DNA of 64,000 nt from Macrostomum lignano (lineage: Eukaryota): contig NIVC01000114.1 of NCBI GenBank assembly GCA_002269645.1, positions 620,001 to 684,000 on the forward strand, read 5' to 3'. Positions 17,500-30,511 of the stretch are shown here, piece after piece; position 1 is the stretch's first letter; each line of letters starts with the position of its first letter. The position numbers and the translations under genes were made by a program. Under the pieces are notes generated by a model. The model was not told the origin of the DNA. It saw only the letters and a program-made list of their open reading frames with translations, and ran no database searches.

Positions 17500-18134
17500 T
17501 AGTGTTCCGCCGTAAGGAGGGTCCATGTACCGTAGCCATAGCCATCACTCCAATTCTCCATATTCTAGAGCCAAAGGGACTCCAAAATTATCATATTCCT
17601 GTAGTTCCCATAGCTGTAGCCATAGTTTTAACAAAAAGTCTAAAAAACTAAATATTTTGAATCAAGAAGATAACCTAGTGCTTAAACAACTACAAATTAA
17701 ATTAGAAAATAAAAGAAACACTTAATTGTCTTTGTAAGATTATATTTTGTCTTTTTTCAAAGCAACAATACTTAGTCGTTATTGAAAGTACTAATGCTAA
17801 ACTTTTTCACATTAATAAAAATTAGAGTTTGCTAGTATTTTATTGTACTTTTTTAGAATTTAGGTATATTTTATAAGTTTCTAGGTTGATAATACAGTTT
17901 ACTAAAAGTATCTTTGTTTTACTCTACCTGTTTCTAATATTTTTTTCAATTTTTAACATTAATGACTACGGCTACGGGAATCTATGGAATATGACAGCAA
18001 CTACCATATTTCCATAGTCATAGCCATAAGAACAGCTAGCTACTGTAGGCATATCCGTAGCTGCCATAGGCACCTATTTTACCATATTTGCCGTAGGATC
18101 CCGTAGCCATAGCTATGGCTATGGCGAAACACTA
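17500..18134. mobile_element. hAT-type MITE
   Basis: TIR TAGTGTT(C/T)CGCC; 8-bp TSD GTTTTGAC at 17492-17499 and 18135-18142; many GCCATAG/CTATGGC subterminal motifs; no ORF. Confidence 0.85.
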
Positions 18135-19774
18135 GTTTTGACTCTTTAAACAATGACAGATTAGATGCATGCAGCATGACCAAGATAGCCTCAGCTTTAA
18201 ATTTATAGGCCTAGTCAAAATCATGGCACACCTGTGTTGGAATGAATCTTATAGAAAAGTTTGATTGCGCCATATACAAGAACATATCCTATCAAAAAAG
18301 TTTGCTTGCACCATGCCATTTATTGCAATTATTTGATAAAAATGCAAAAATATATAATTTTCTATATTAAAAATACTAGGGGGGCCTACTTTAGGACTTC
18401 TTGAACTTTAAGTATATAAAATACTTCCCTTTTCCAATTTTTTTTGAAACTCATCAGAGTCATAGGGGCTATCTAAAATGGTAATAAACCAAAAGAAAAC
18501 TGAAAAAGTTACCTTCAGAATTAACAGGAGCTCAATTTGTTAATCCACAATATATTTAATGATAATTTAATTTAAAAAGTTTTGGAGAATTTTTTTAAAC
18601 TAAAAAATTTAACTTTTTTTAGAATAATGACTTTTAATTCAACAGTAATTTTTTAACAGTTTAATGAATTCATTCTAAAAAAACATTTGGAAGGTTAGAT
18701 TTTAACTCCAAAAAAGGATGTCTATTCTTTAACTTATTTTAACCTGATATTAGGCCTATATTATAAAAAGTTTGAATGATGATTCTAAAATAATTCTAAA
18801 ATGATCCATTCCAATTCTAAAGTTAATGATCCCAATTTTGAAGCGAATTATTTTGATTTTAAAATGAATAGGGGCCTAAACCCAATCCTGACTTGGTCTT
18901 AGGTCTACATCTACACCGCAGACTCAGTAGCAATTAGTCCCCTAGGGCTTTATTGGTTTATACTTCTTGTGTGTAATGTAACTATGTACAAGGCCGATCA
19001 CTATAAATAAAATATTCCTAATTGGTACTGTCATTGTATATTAGTGAATAGCGGCATAAATAGCTACTGTTGATGTGGTAAAGCCACATTTTATCTAAAA
19101 AAGCCACGCCACGTAACGCCGGGGAATCGTACCTCCCTTATGCATGTACACATCTCCGTAAACTGTAGCTAAAAAATTGAGATGGCTAAAAATATTGTTC
19201 TTTTTCTCTCGACTTTTCTCGCGCTCACAAAGCGCGTAGGTATAAAGAGTTAAAGCATAGGGGGGCTACACACACGTGCAATTCTTAGGCCTAATTTTAG
19301 TGCATTGCGCTTGCGCATTTAATCTAAATTTAAAATATCAGCTTTCAGAGAAAGATAAGTTAACATTGCCTAAAACGACTGTCGTCAGCTGGATGAAATA
19401 ATGTGGAAATAAATATGCTAATTTTCGAAAAAGCAAAAAAAGCAACGAAAGGTTACCGTAAGTGAACAAAAAGTAACACAAAAGCTTTGTTCTGTCATTT
19501 TGAGAAGCCAAAAGTTCTGCAGCCGGTTAATCCCGTTATCAAATGACACTTTTTAAATCCGTCACTGGCATATAAGAGATTAATTTGGCACTGAATAATG
19601 GAACGGCCCAGCGCTTCACTGCTGTAAAAAGCGTGTCCTTTGCGGGGAAAAATATTTTGGATTTTGAGTGATCGAAATTGACACGCTTTTAAATGTACTT
19701 CTTTTTAATTTTCAAACGAATAATTATGTTCCCAAAAAGAAGAGTTCAATCACAGCATGCATATGTGTCGTGTC

Positions 19775-19821
19775 CAAGGACTACTTAAGAACACTTAAGT
19801 AGTGTTCTTAAGTAGTCCTTG
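19775..19821. mobile_element. 47-bp palindromic P-like mini-element
   Basis: CAAGGACTACTTAAGAACACT..AGTGTTCTTAAGTAGTCCTTG flanked by the 8-bp direct repeat GTCGTGTC (19767-19774, 19822-19829). Confidence 0.75.
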
Positions 19822-20653
19822 GTCGTGTCTGGTCGGGCCCACTGGGAAACAAGCCATAAGGGTTTAAGCTATTATTTTACCTGTAATTAGTGCTCAATGC
19901 ACATTTACATCATTTTTCGTTAGCCAAATTCTGCAAAGACATATTTGGCTGTGTAATTTTCATATTAAAAATTTGCATATTATTAGTGTGTGAAAATTCA
20001 TGTACACATGATGTGACTGATGATCGCAGATCAGCGTATAATAGTTTTAAGTTTAACATCTTACATGTACTTTGCGAATTCTTTCAGCCAATAGCTGACA
20101 TAGCGAATTGTACATGTATATGCAATATAATTATATATATACTTATCTACTCAAGGTAGACTTTTTAAAACCTTCTTCGATCACCGACTAAAAAATGTCG
20201 AAATGTCAATTCGACTCCCGTTTCTGGGGGTTGAGAAGGGTTTCCAATCCCTAGTAGGTTTCTGAGAAAGATTACATAGCCAGCTGAAAGTTCATATACA
20301 TATAAATATAAAAGGTGTGAGCTGTAATTCTTAAAAGATGCAGTTTGGGTTGGCAATAGCGAAACAGCTATTAGCTTTGTGTGTTTTACCACATGCAGAG
20401 GTAGTAGAGGGACACCTGGCCGCTGGCTCACACCTGGCGTCCGTCTTCTGTTTCTACGTTTGACAATAAATGCTGAACACCTGCTGTACAAGCGAGAGCT
20501 GCTAGTTTGCTCAGCAATGGATAAATAATCAGCGGTCCCAGTGCGTGACAACGATTGTCTGGCGAGCGCCGGTAGGCGCGAGCCATAGACAAATCGTTGT
20601 CCGGTGCTGCGACCGCTGATTCTTTGCATTGTTTTTCTGTTTGACGATCCTAC

Positions 20654-20799
20654 AGACAATGCATTGTTTGTAGTAATGATAGATTGTGTATATGGTTTTG
20701 GAGGTAGACAATGATAAATTTTTCACGAGTGGCGAAGCCACAAGTGACTAAAATTTATCATCGTCTATGACAAAACCATATAAACAAACACATTGTCTC
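20654..20799. repeat. Imperfect palindromic MITE-like element with central hairpin
   Basis: Arms ATATGGTTTTG..TAGAC.ATGATAAATTTT are inverted around CACGAGTGGCGAAGCCACAAGTG; outer AGACAATG/CATTGTCT. Confidence 0.55.
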
Positions 20800-21051
20800 A
20801 TGAATGTATTTTTAGAAGCCTAAAATAATGATTCCTAAGCGTGGAATAATGAGCGTACAGCATGAAACAATGGATTGTTCTGCACTAAAATGTAAATAAT
20901 GATCGTCAAATTGCAAAACAATGCAGTCCATGCCCTGCAGAACTGCGCTCTTGTCGCTCTGACAGCAGTTTACCGCGAGTGATGAGTCCAGCAGAGTTGC
21001 CAGCTCACCATGAATAGGAGCAGCAAGAAAAATTACATGTAAAATGCCGAA

Positions 21052-21087
21052 CTAACTAACCAACTTACTAACTAACTAACTAACCAG

Positions 21088-21133
<46 letters not shown>
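21052..21133. repeat. (ACTA)n microsatellite
   Basis: Seen directly. Confidence 0.9.
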
Positions 21134-21647
21134 GTCTAACGAACTGCATTCGCAAATGTGCAACACTTCGCGAACGCACAATTGATGAGCTCAGTTCTCA
21201 AATAGTACTTGAGAGGGAGCAGCCACAACAGCCACGCATTTTCGCTCTTCTATGCGGTGCGTAGGGGGGGGGGTAGTGGGGTTGGCAGTCTCACAGCTAC
21301 CTCTCACTGTACTTCGGAAAAGTTTCATTTTCTAAAATAGGAGCGGTCGGTCACCGCCAAAAGCTACAAAAATAAGAGCGATTAGAAAACTCGCCGTTAA
21401 GTTTCTTTAGCGCTTGGCCTCAACGAACATAAAAACAGCAGATAGAGTATATACAGGTAAGAGAGCTAAAGACCTTTCACATGTTAAAACTCTGCTTATA
21501 GCTACTGTTTTATGTGAACTATGCATAATTTCAAAATTGGAATTAATATCTGAGCAGTGCCTTTGGTTCCGTGCATGACTGCCTCCCCGTTCGGGGCTTA
21601 ATTTCATCCATAGAAACTTTAAGCAATACATTTGTAGCCTCAGTGAC

Positions 21648-22905
21648 ATCCCTGAATCCCTCCTTCCTCATCCCTGAATCCCTCCTTCCTCATCCCTGAA
21701 TCCCTCCTTCCTCATCCCTGAATCCCTCCTTCCTCATCCCTGAATCCCTCCTTCCTCATTCCTGAATCCCTCCTTCCTCATCCCTGAATCCCTCCTTCCT
21801 CATCCCTGAATCCCTCCTTCCTCATCCCTGAATCCCTCCTTCCTCATCCCTGAATCCCTCCTTCCTCATCCCTGAATCCCTCCTTCCTCATCCCTGAATC
21901 CCTCCTTCCTCATCCCTGAATCCCTCCTTCCTCATCCCTGAATCCCTCCTTCCTCATCCCTGAATCCCTCCTTCCTCATCCCTGAATCCCTCCTTCCTCA
22001 TCCCTGAATCCCTCCTTCCTCATTCCTGAATCCCTCCTTCCTCATCCCTGAATCCCTCCTTCCTCATTCCTGAATCATTTCCCTCCTTCCTTATTCCTGA
22101 ATCCTTTCCCTCCTTCCTTATTCCTGAATCCTTTCCCTCCTTCCTTATTCCTGAATCCTTTCCCTCCTTCCTTATTCCTGAATCCTTTCCCTCCTTCCTT
22201 ATTCCTGAATCCCTCCTTCCTTATTCCTGAATCCCCCCTTCCTTATTCCTGAATCATTCCTTCCTTTCTAATCCCTAAATCCTTCTTTTCTTCCTTATTC
22301 CTGAATCCTTCCCCCCTTTCTTATTCCTGAATCCTTCTCTCCTTCCTCATCCCTGAATCTTTCCTTATCTCCGAATCCTTCTCTCCTTCCTCATCCCTGA
22401 ATCATTCCCTCCTTCCTCATCCCTGAATCATTCCCTCCTTCCTCATCCCTGAATCATTCCCTCCTTCCTCATCCCTGAATCCTTTCCTCCTTCCTTATCC
22501 CTGAATCCTTTCCTCCTTCCTTATCCCTGAATCCTTCCCTCCTTTCTCATCCCTGAATCCTTTCCTCCTTCCTTATCCCTGAATCCTTTCCTCCTTCCTT
22601 ATCCCTGAATCCTTTCCTCCTTCCTTATCCCTGAATCCTTCCCTCCTTCCTCATCCCTGAATCATTCCTTCCTTCCTCATCCCTGAATCATTCCCTCCTT
22701 CCTCATCCCTGAATCCTTTCCTCCTTCCTTATCCCTGAATCCTTCCCTCCTTCCTCTTCCCTGAATCCTTCCCTCCTTTCTAATCCCTGAATCATTCCCT
22801 CCTCTCTTGTACCTGAATCCTTCCCTCCTTCCTTATCCCTGAATCCTTCACTCCTTTCTAATCCCTCAATCATTCCCTCCTCTCTTGTACCTGAATCCTT
22901 CCCTT
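21648..22905. repeat. 22-25 bp minisatellite (CATCCCTGAATCCCTCCTTCCT)
   Basis: Homogeneous 22-bp units on the left, degenerate longer variants on the right. Confidence 0.95.
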
Positions 22906-23173
22906 CTTATAAAGCTTCCAGGATTACGTTAAGGGTAAACCCCTGCTTTGTTAAGTTCAAATTCATTCAATCACCAGAACGGGAGATCTGCATGTGACAA
23001 GAGGCTTGTGGCAAAGGGCAAAGCGCGTTTCCTAATTAACCGGCACCAGCAACCATACTCCCAAATCTATACTGTTTCTGAAATCTTTTATTAAAAAACG
23101 GCGAAAATATACAATACAGTAGAAACATATATTTAACAAAAATTAACTCAAGATTTCTTCTCACACAGGCACA

Positions 23174-25288
23174 ATGGGTCAGAATATCAGCCGACATGGA
23201 GCCGTCACCAGTGGAAACATCAGGGCACTGAGAGCCCATTTCTGGCTTCGACTGGGGGAAAGAAGAAAAGCTCGATTTTGCGCTAGAAATTCGCGCCTAG
23301 CTGCTCAACGTGGTCAGTGGGAAGTGGTGAAGTTTCTGGTGCAGAGGGTCGCTGACCAACGTGTAAAAGATCGCTGCTGCGCCGAGGCAGCGGAACATGC
23401 TGCAAGGAAGAGTGAGTGGGAAGTAGTCACGTATCTGGTGCAGAGAGTGGCTGACCAAAGAAAAAAATATCAGTGTTGCATTGACGCATCGAAACCGGCA
23501 GCAAGTTCTGGTCAGTTAGAAGTGGTGCAGTTTCTGGTGCAGACAGTTGCTGACCAAAGTGTAAAAGATTATTGCTGCATAGAGGCAGCGAAATCTGCTG
23601 AAAGAAACGGTCAGTGGGAAGTGCTGGAGTTTCTCGTGCAGACAGTGGCTGATTCAACTCTGAGGGACAGGTGCTGCGTGCAGGCAGCGACCTCTGCTAC
23701 AACCAATGGTCAGTGGGAAGTGCTGAAGTTTCTCGTGCAGACAGTTGCTGATTCAACTCTGAGGGACAGGTGCTGCGTGCAGGCAGCGACCTCTGCTGCA
23801 ACCAATGGTCAGTGGGAAGTGCTGAAGTTTCTCGTGCAGACAGTCGCTGACGAAGCAAAGAGAGATCAGTTCTGTACGAAGGAAGCGGATTCCGCTGCAG
23901 CAATGGGTCAATTAGAAGTGACAAAGTTACTGGTCCAGACAGTCTCTGACCAACTTTTGAAAGATCAGTGCTGCATGGAAGCAGCGAAATGTGCTTCACA
24001 ACAGGGTCATTTAGATGTAGTTAAGTTTCTGGTGCAGGCAGTTGCTGACGAAGCAAAGAGAGATCAGTGCTGCATGGAGGCAGTGGAATTTGCTGGAAGC
24101 GGGGGTCGTATAGATGCCGTGAAGTTCCTGGTGCAGACAGTCGTTGACCAAACAAACAGAGATCAGTGCTGCATGGAAGCAGCAAAATGTGCTTCAAAGC
24201 AGGGTCATTTAGACGTGATAAAGTTTCTGGTGCAGGCAGTTGCTGACGAAGCAAAGAGAGATCAGTGCTGCATGGAGGCAGTGGAATTTGCTGGAAGCGG
24301 GGGTCATTTAGATGTCGTGAAGTTCCTGGTGCAGACAGTCGTTGACCAAACAAACAGAGATCAGTGCTGCATGGAAGCAGCAAAATGTGCTTCAAAGAAG
24401 GGTCATTTAAATGTGGTAAAGTTTCTGGTGCAGATAGTTCCTGACGAAGCAAAGACAGATCAGTGCTGCATGGAGGCAGCGAGGTCTGCTGCAATTTATT
24501 GTCAGTGGGAAGTACTAAAGTTCCTGGTGCAGACGGTCGCTGACGAAACAAGCAGAGATCAGTGCTGCATGGAAGCAGCGAAATGTGCTTCAGAACAGGA
24601 TAATTTAGATGTAGTTAAGTTTCTGGTGCAGACAGTTGTTGACCAAACAAACAGAGATCAGTGCTGCATGGAAGCAGCAAAATGTGCTTCAAAGAAGGGT
24701 CATTTAAATGTGGTAAAGTTTCTGGTGCAGATAGTTCCTGACGAAGCAAAGACAGATCAGTGCTGCATGGAGGCAGCGAGGTCTGCTGCAATTTATTGTC
24801 AGTGGGAAGTACTAAAGTTCCTGGTGCAGACGATCGCTGACGAAACAAGCAGAGATCAGTGCTGCATGGAAGCAGCGAAATGTGCTTCAGAACAGGATAA
24901 TTTAGATGTAGTTAAGTTTCTGCTGCAGACAGTTGTTGACCAAACAAACAGAGATCAGTGCTGCATGGATATAGCTCTGTCTGCCGCACTCTTGGATCAT
25001 TTAGACGTGTTGAAGTTTCTGGTGCAGAAAATCGCTGACCAAACAAGCAGAGATCAGTGCTGCATTAAGGTAGCCAAGCTTGTTGCACGATTTGGTAGGC
25101 TAGAAGTTGTGAAGTTTCTAGTGCAGTCAATTGCAGACCAAAAAAAGAGAAGCCGGTGCTGCATGGAGGCAGCGGAGTCGTCTGCTAGAGGTGGCCATCG
25201 GGAACTGACGAGGTTTTTGGTGCAGACAGTCGCTAATCAAAAAAGAAGATTTGATGCTGCAGCTAAGCAACGTAATCTGCTGCAATAA
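23174..25288 (+). CDS. Intronless protein of ~20 tandem 33-aa ankyrin-like repeats
   Basis: 704-aa ORF; 99-bp unit DQCCMEAAKCASxxGHLDVVKFLVQTVxDxxxR, containing the ankyrin helix-2 signature GHLxVVKFL. Confidence 0.75.
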   Translation: MGQNISRHGAVTSGNIRALRAHFWLRLGERRKARFCARNSRLAAQRGQWEVVKFLVQRVADQRVKDRCCAEAAEHAARKSEWEVVTYLVQRVADQRKKYQCCIDASKPAASSGQLEVVQFLVQTVADQSVKDYCCIEAAKSAERNGQWEVLEFLVQTVADSTLRDRCCVQAATSATTNGQWEVLKFLVQTVADSTLRDRCCVQAATSAATNGQWEVLKFLVQTVADEAKRDQFCTKEADSAAAMGQLEVTKLLVQTVSDQLLKDQCCMEAAKCASQQGHLDVVKFLVQAVADEAKRDQCCMEAVEFAGSGGRIDAVKFLVQTVVDQTNRDQCCMEAAKCASKQGHLDVIKFLVQAVADEAKRDQCCMEAVEFAGSGGHLDVVKFLVQTVVDQTNRDQCCMEAAKCASKKGHLNVVKFLVQIVPDEAKTDQCCMEAARSAAIYCQWEVLKFLVQTVADETSRDQCCMEAAKCASEQDNLDVVKFLVQTVVDQTNRDQCCMEAAKCASKKGHLNVVKFLVQIVPDEAKTDQCCMEAARSAAIYCQWEVLKFLVQTIADETSRDQCCMEAAKCASEQDNLDVVKFLLQTVVDQTNRDQCCMDIALSAALLDHLDVLKFLVQKIADQTSRDQCCIKVAKLVARFGRLEVVKFLVQSIADQKKRSRCCMEAAESSARGGHRELTRFLVQTVANQKRRFDAAAKQRNLLQ

Positions 25289-25920
25289 AGGGTTAGTTGT
25301 AAGCTGTAAAGTTTCTTGTGCAGACCATACTCGTACAAAGAAAAGATACTCAATCTGCTTAAACTAGATAGACTAATGCACTTCTAGTAGCTAATGTTTA
25401 CTGCATGCTTTAGGTTGATAATAATCATAAAATTTATGTTGTGTTGTCCGTATTTACTTTTCATTTGTTTTGCTGTAAACGATTTAAGTTTGCAAATTGC
25501 ACATGTTGTTTTTGTGACCCGCGACGATAATGGTACTGGTTGTTAACTATATGGGCGCTTAAGGCATATAATATGCATGATATTAACTTTGATTGCTAAT
25601 CTTTATTTGTCCATGTGCTGATCCTATGCCAAATATACATACCGGTACTCATTGTCAGAAAAAAACCAGTGTGCTTCTTTATTTACCTAACTCGTTCGAA
25701 TTAGTCGGCCTGATTATCACTGAATGGGTTGGTAATTATTATAATCATATTTTAGGTTTAACAGCAAGCAGTACTGTTGGATTAAATCCAGACAGAATCA
25801 GGGTCATATGAGCTGAACGTAGAAACAAAGTATCTAGAATAATACTTGAAGTATTTATTAGATGTCTCATGCAGCGTCTTAGACTACGAGCGTATATGAG
25901 AACAGGCAGACAGATCGACC

Positions 25921-26870
<950 letters not shown>

Positions 26871-27451
26871 TTTTACCGCTGCTGCTGCTGCTAGAGTGCG
26901 CGACACTTAACGAGAAAACAAGGAGTGCGCCTGGGGTTCATTTATTAGCAGGACTGAGCCGTCAAAAGCTGCCTCAATGCACAGGGCCGGCCAGTCAGTT
27001 GCTAATACAACAGCAAAGCCTGCGTGAGGCTTTACAGCTCCGCTTTGTTCAGAAACTCACACAGATTAATAATTCATCACTTCCAGCTTTTCAAAGCTTG
27101 GGCAAGCAGAAATGCTTCTGAGAGAAGTGCCATGTAACCATGGAAGTAGGAAGGGATGTCAAACGGGATTCTGGGAAGTTTTTTTTTACTTTACGATGTT
27201 TTTACGAGAGACTGCAATGGCACTAAGAAGATGGCAGACTTTCCGGAGTATTGCTTGCGGTAGCTGCATGGCTCACGCATTTCACGCACACTTTATTTCC
27301 AGATGATGGCTCATGTCTCTCAAACAATTGCGAGCTGCTAATTATAAAACGAGTTACTAAAAAATTCTCAAAATCTTTCTAAACTTCTTCTCTACTCTAG
27401 AAGCCACACATGGGCTAAGTTAATCCAGAGCTCAATGCCTAACATGGAGCT

Positions 27452-27810
27452 CAGCCGCGAAGAAAGTAGTCTCCATCGGTGCTGCTGAGGCTGGCAGGCG
27501 CGCGGGTAGGCGAACCTCAGCAGGTGGCACAGGCGCTGCTGGCCTGAGAAAATCACAGCCTGACAGTCAGCTGAGGCCTCGCACATCATCAAGCACTCGG
27601 CCTTGGTTTTGTCAGCGCTGGTCCAGTAGGTGCTCTGGGTGGACACAACCGTCTGGTTGGGCATCTGCGACTGCTCAAAATATTTTTTATCTAGAAGATG
27701 AAGAAAATTTCTGGTAGAATTGACCATAAACCTAACTTTTACTAGAAAAAATACTCACCAGGGTAGGTTAAGGCGTAAACTGAGTTGCGCCACGTGCCTC
27801 CGCAAATCCA
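27452..27810 (-). pseudogene. Truncated WSC-PAN paralog (end of WSC exon plus PAN exon)
   Basis: WSC 3' end [15 protein letters not shown] with a GTGAGT donor near 27758. PAN exon from 27690 is ~98% identical to 32171-31934. The upstream part is missing where the hAT end and LINE begin. Confidence 0.7.
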
Positions 27811-27823
27811 GACAGGCCAACCC

Positions 27824-27859
27824 GCCCCCCCCCAATTGAAATTCCTGGCTACGCCACTG
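27824..27859 (-). mobile_element. Isolated hAT-like terminal inverted repeat fragment
   Basis: Reverse complement reads CAGTGGCGTAGCCAGGAATTTCAATTGGGGGGGGG, resembling common invertebrate hAT MITE ends. No partner end was found. Confidence 0.45.
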
Positions 27860-27947
27860 CTTCCTCCGCCACCCCTGCAAGGACAGAACGGATTTTTCCC
27901 TAGTAACTATAGTCACGAGTTAGGTACATTAGGTACAGTTAGGTACA

Positions 27948-30511
27948 GGCCTTGTGATCACAAGCTTTTCCAGCAGTGCGCCACCCCCCAGCTACTCCAG
28001 CTGGCAGCAAATTCTTTTAAACCGTATAAATCGTCTGGCCCTGACAATATCGCCCCCTGTATCCTGCAGGAGGCGCTAAAGCTGCAAAACTTTGCTGATT
28101 CTTTCTCTAAATTGCTTGTTGACTGTTATACCACAGGTTACATTCCCACAATCTGGAGAATGTCCAGAGTCGTGTTCATCCCGAAACCTGCTAAGGGTGA
28201 CTACACCAACGTGAAATCCTTCCGGCCCATCAGCCTCACTTCCTTTTGTGTTAAGCTGATGGAAGGGCTCATCCTGTGGAGGCTTCGAGAGTGCGACCTG
28301 CGCTCCGACCCTGTCAGTAAGTACCAGTACGCCTTCCAGCCTGGGAGGACGACTGAGCATGCTCTCCACGCCATTACCTCCAAAATTGAGAGTGCCATCC
28401 TTAGCAAACAACTCGCTTGCGGGTTGTTCGTTGACTTCGAAGGAGCATTTGACAATGTCCTCTTCCGCTCCTTCAGAAATTCTCTTTCCCGCAGGAATGT
28501 AAGACACAGCATTGTTCGCTGGATTTATTTTATGATCCGCAAAAGGTTTGTGACATCCACACTTATGGGCGTTACCCTCACCCGGGCGGTGATGAAAGGC
28601 GGCCCGCAAGGTGGCGTGCTAACTCCACTTCTCTGGAATCTCGTCATGGACGAACTTCTAACCGCTGACATTCCCAGCAGTATCACCAGGGCGGGCTACG
28701 CCGATGACGTTGCCGCGGTCGTCAGCGGACCCGACCCCGCCACTCTGCGCAACCTGATGCAGCAATTCGCCGACAAGGCGGCCGACTGGGCTACACAGCA
28801 TGGCCTAAAAATCAGCGTCACTAAGACTGTCGCTGTCGTTTTCACCAAGCGCCGTAAGTGGGAGATGAAAAACCTCACTGTCTATGGCAGAAACATCCCC
28901 TTCAAGAAGGAGGTCAAATACCTCGGTGTGACGCTAACGCATGACCTGCGCTGGACGAAGCACCTTGATAACGTCATCGGTCGGGCAAAACGCTGCTTTG
29001 CCCAGCTGCGCAGAGCCATCGGGCCGACTTGGGGCCTCTCGCCTAGAACGGTCCGTTGGATTTATACCGGCATCATCCGGCCCAGTATCACATACGCGAG
29101 TCTCATCTGGACTAGCGTGCTGGAGCAGAAGGCCGCCCGTCAGCGGCTGTACCAGCTTCAGGGCAGCATTTGCCGTGCCATCACAGGTGCGTACCCGTCC
29201 ACCCCTTACGAGGGGCTGAACACTATCCTTAACCTACCTCCGCTTCACCTATTTATTAGGGCGGAGGCTATGAAGTCTGCCTCCCGGCTTATCAGAGATA
29301 AAACGTTAAATAACGCGCCCTCTGGCTTTATGCCAATGAAAACATTAATCCCGCATATGGACTTTGTCCGCCGCGACCTTAACAACATCCACATGGACCT
29401 GGGCAATGTGGATAGTCGACCTCCCGCCCTCAACATCAGGAGGGGCTTCAAGACCGCCATCCCTGGCCGAGACAACATTCCGCTGGATGTCGGTGTGAAC
29501 CGGCGCAGCCAGGGCATTCACTGCTTCACCGACGGCTCGCTGTTCAACGGCCGCGCTGGAGCGGGTATTGCCATTTTCCACGAGGGTAAGATGCTTCTCC
29601 AGGAAAGTCTGCACCTCGGTGAGAACACCTCAGTTTTCCAAGCTGAAATTTGCGCCATTGAGCAGTGTGCCCAGCAACTGTTTCAGGCGAACATTAATAA
29701 TTTTGACATTAATTTCTACACTGATAGCCAAGCTGCTATTAAGGCCTTAACCACTGAGAATATCTCCGCTGCTACAGTATCTCAATGCCACCGCAGTGTG
29801 CAATCTCTCTCAGTCCTTAACAGGATTAGAATTATCTGGACACCTGGTCACAGCAACATCCTGGGCAACGAGCTCGCGGACTCTCTCGCCAAGGAGGGCA
29901 GCAACCCAGACGGCAACCACCGTCTGATGAGGCTACCCACCCCCAGGTCGCAAGTCACCCGCCATATCAACAGGTGGCTCCATCAGCAGCACCAGCTCCA
30001 CTGGAACAGCTGCACCGAGTACAGGCAGAGCCGCTCTGCCATGCCTAACCTGAACAGGAAAGTCTCTGATTATCTGATTTCGCTTAACAGAACCGACCTC
30101 AGGGAGATGTGCATGGTCCTAACCGGCCACGGATTCTTCCAGAGACATATATCGTTGCAAACCGGTTGCCCTCCCACCTGTCCCTTCTGTGGCATAGGAG
30201 AGGAGACCGCGGAGCATCACGTCACCTTCTGCCCTTACTTCAACAAGGCGCGGCACAAATACCTCGGCCACCCCCAGCGGATGGACGAGCTGACCACCGC
30301 GGACAATATCCGAGGCCTCCGCGCCTTCGTCCGGGACTCCGGCCGGATGAGGGTCGCCGATGCCTCCACTGCGGACCTGCCGACTACTGGCGGGGACTGG
30401 GCGCACCCCCAAGGCTAATCCTTGTGCTCTTTTACCTTGGGGTTGCGATAGGGGCCTCGCGGCCTATTCGCGGCGCCTGCGCCCCCCGTCAGTAGTAAGT
30501 AAGTAAGTAAG
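27948..30511 (+). mobile_element. 5'-truncated non-LTR retrotransposon with RT and RNase H (I/LOA/R1-type)
   Basis: Open ORF to 30418 with RT ([25 protein letters not shown]), RNase H ([26 protein letters not shown]) and C-terminal CPFC..HH..C. GC-rich 3' UTR and (TAAG)n tail. No endonuclease domain. TAGGTACA lies on both flanks. Confidence 0.92.

Noticed and set aside
27785-27947. N-terminal part of the 877-aa ORF
   Set aside because: TTG start reading through WSC remnant, hAT end and target repeats; not part of the LINE protein.
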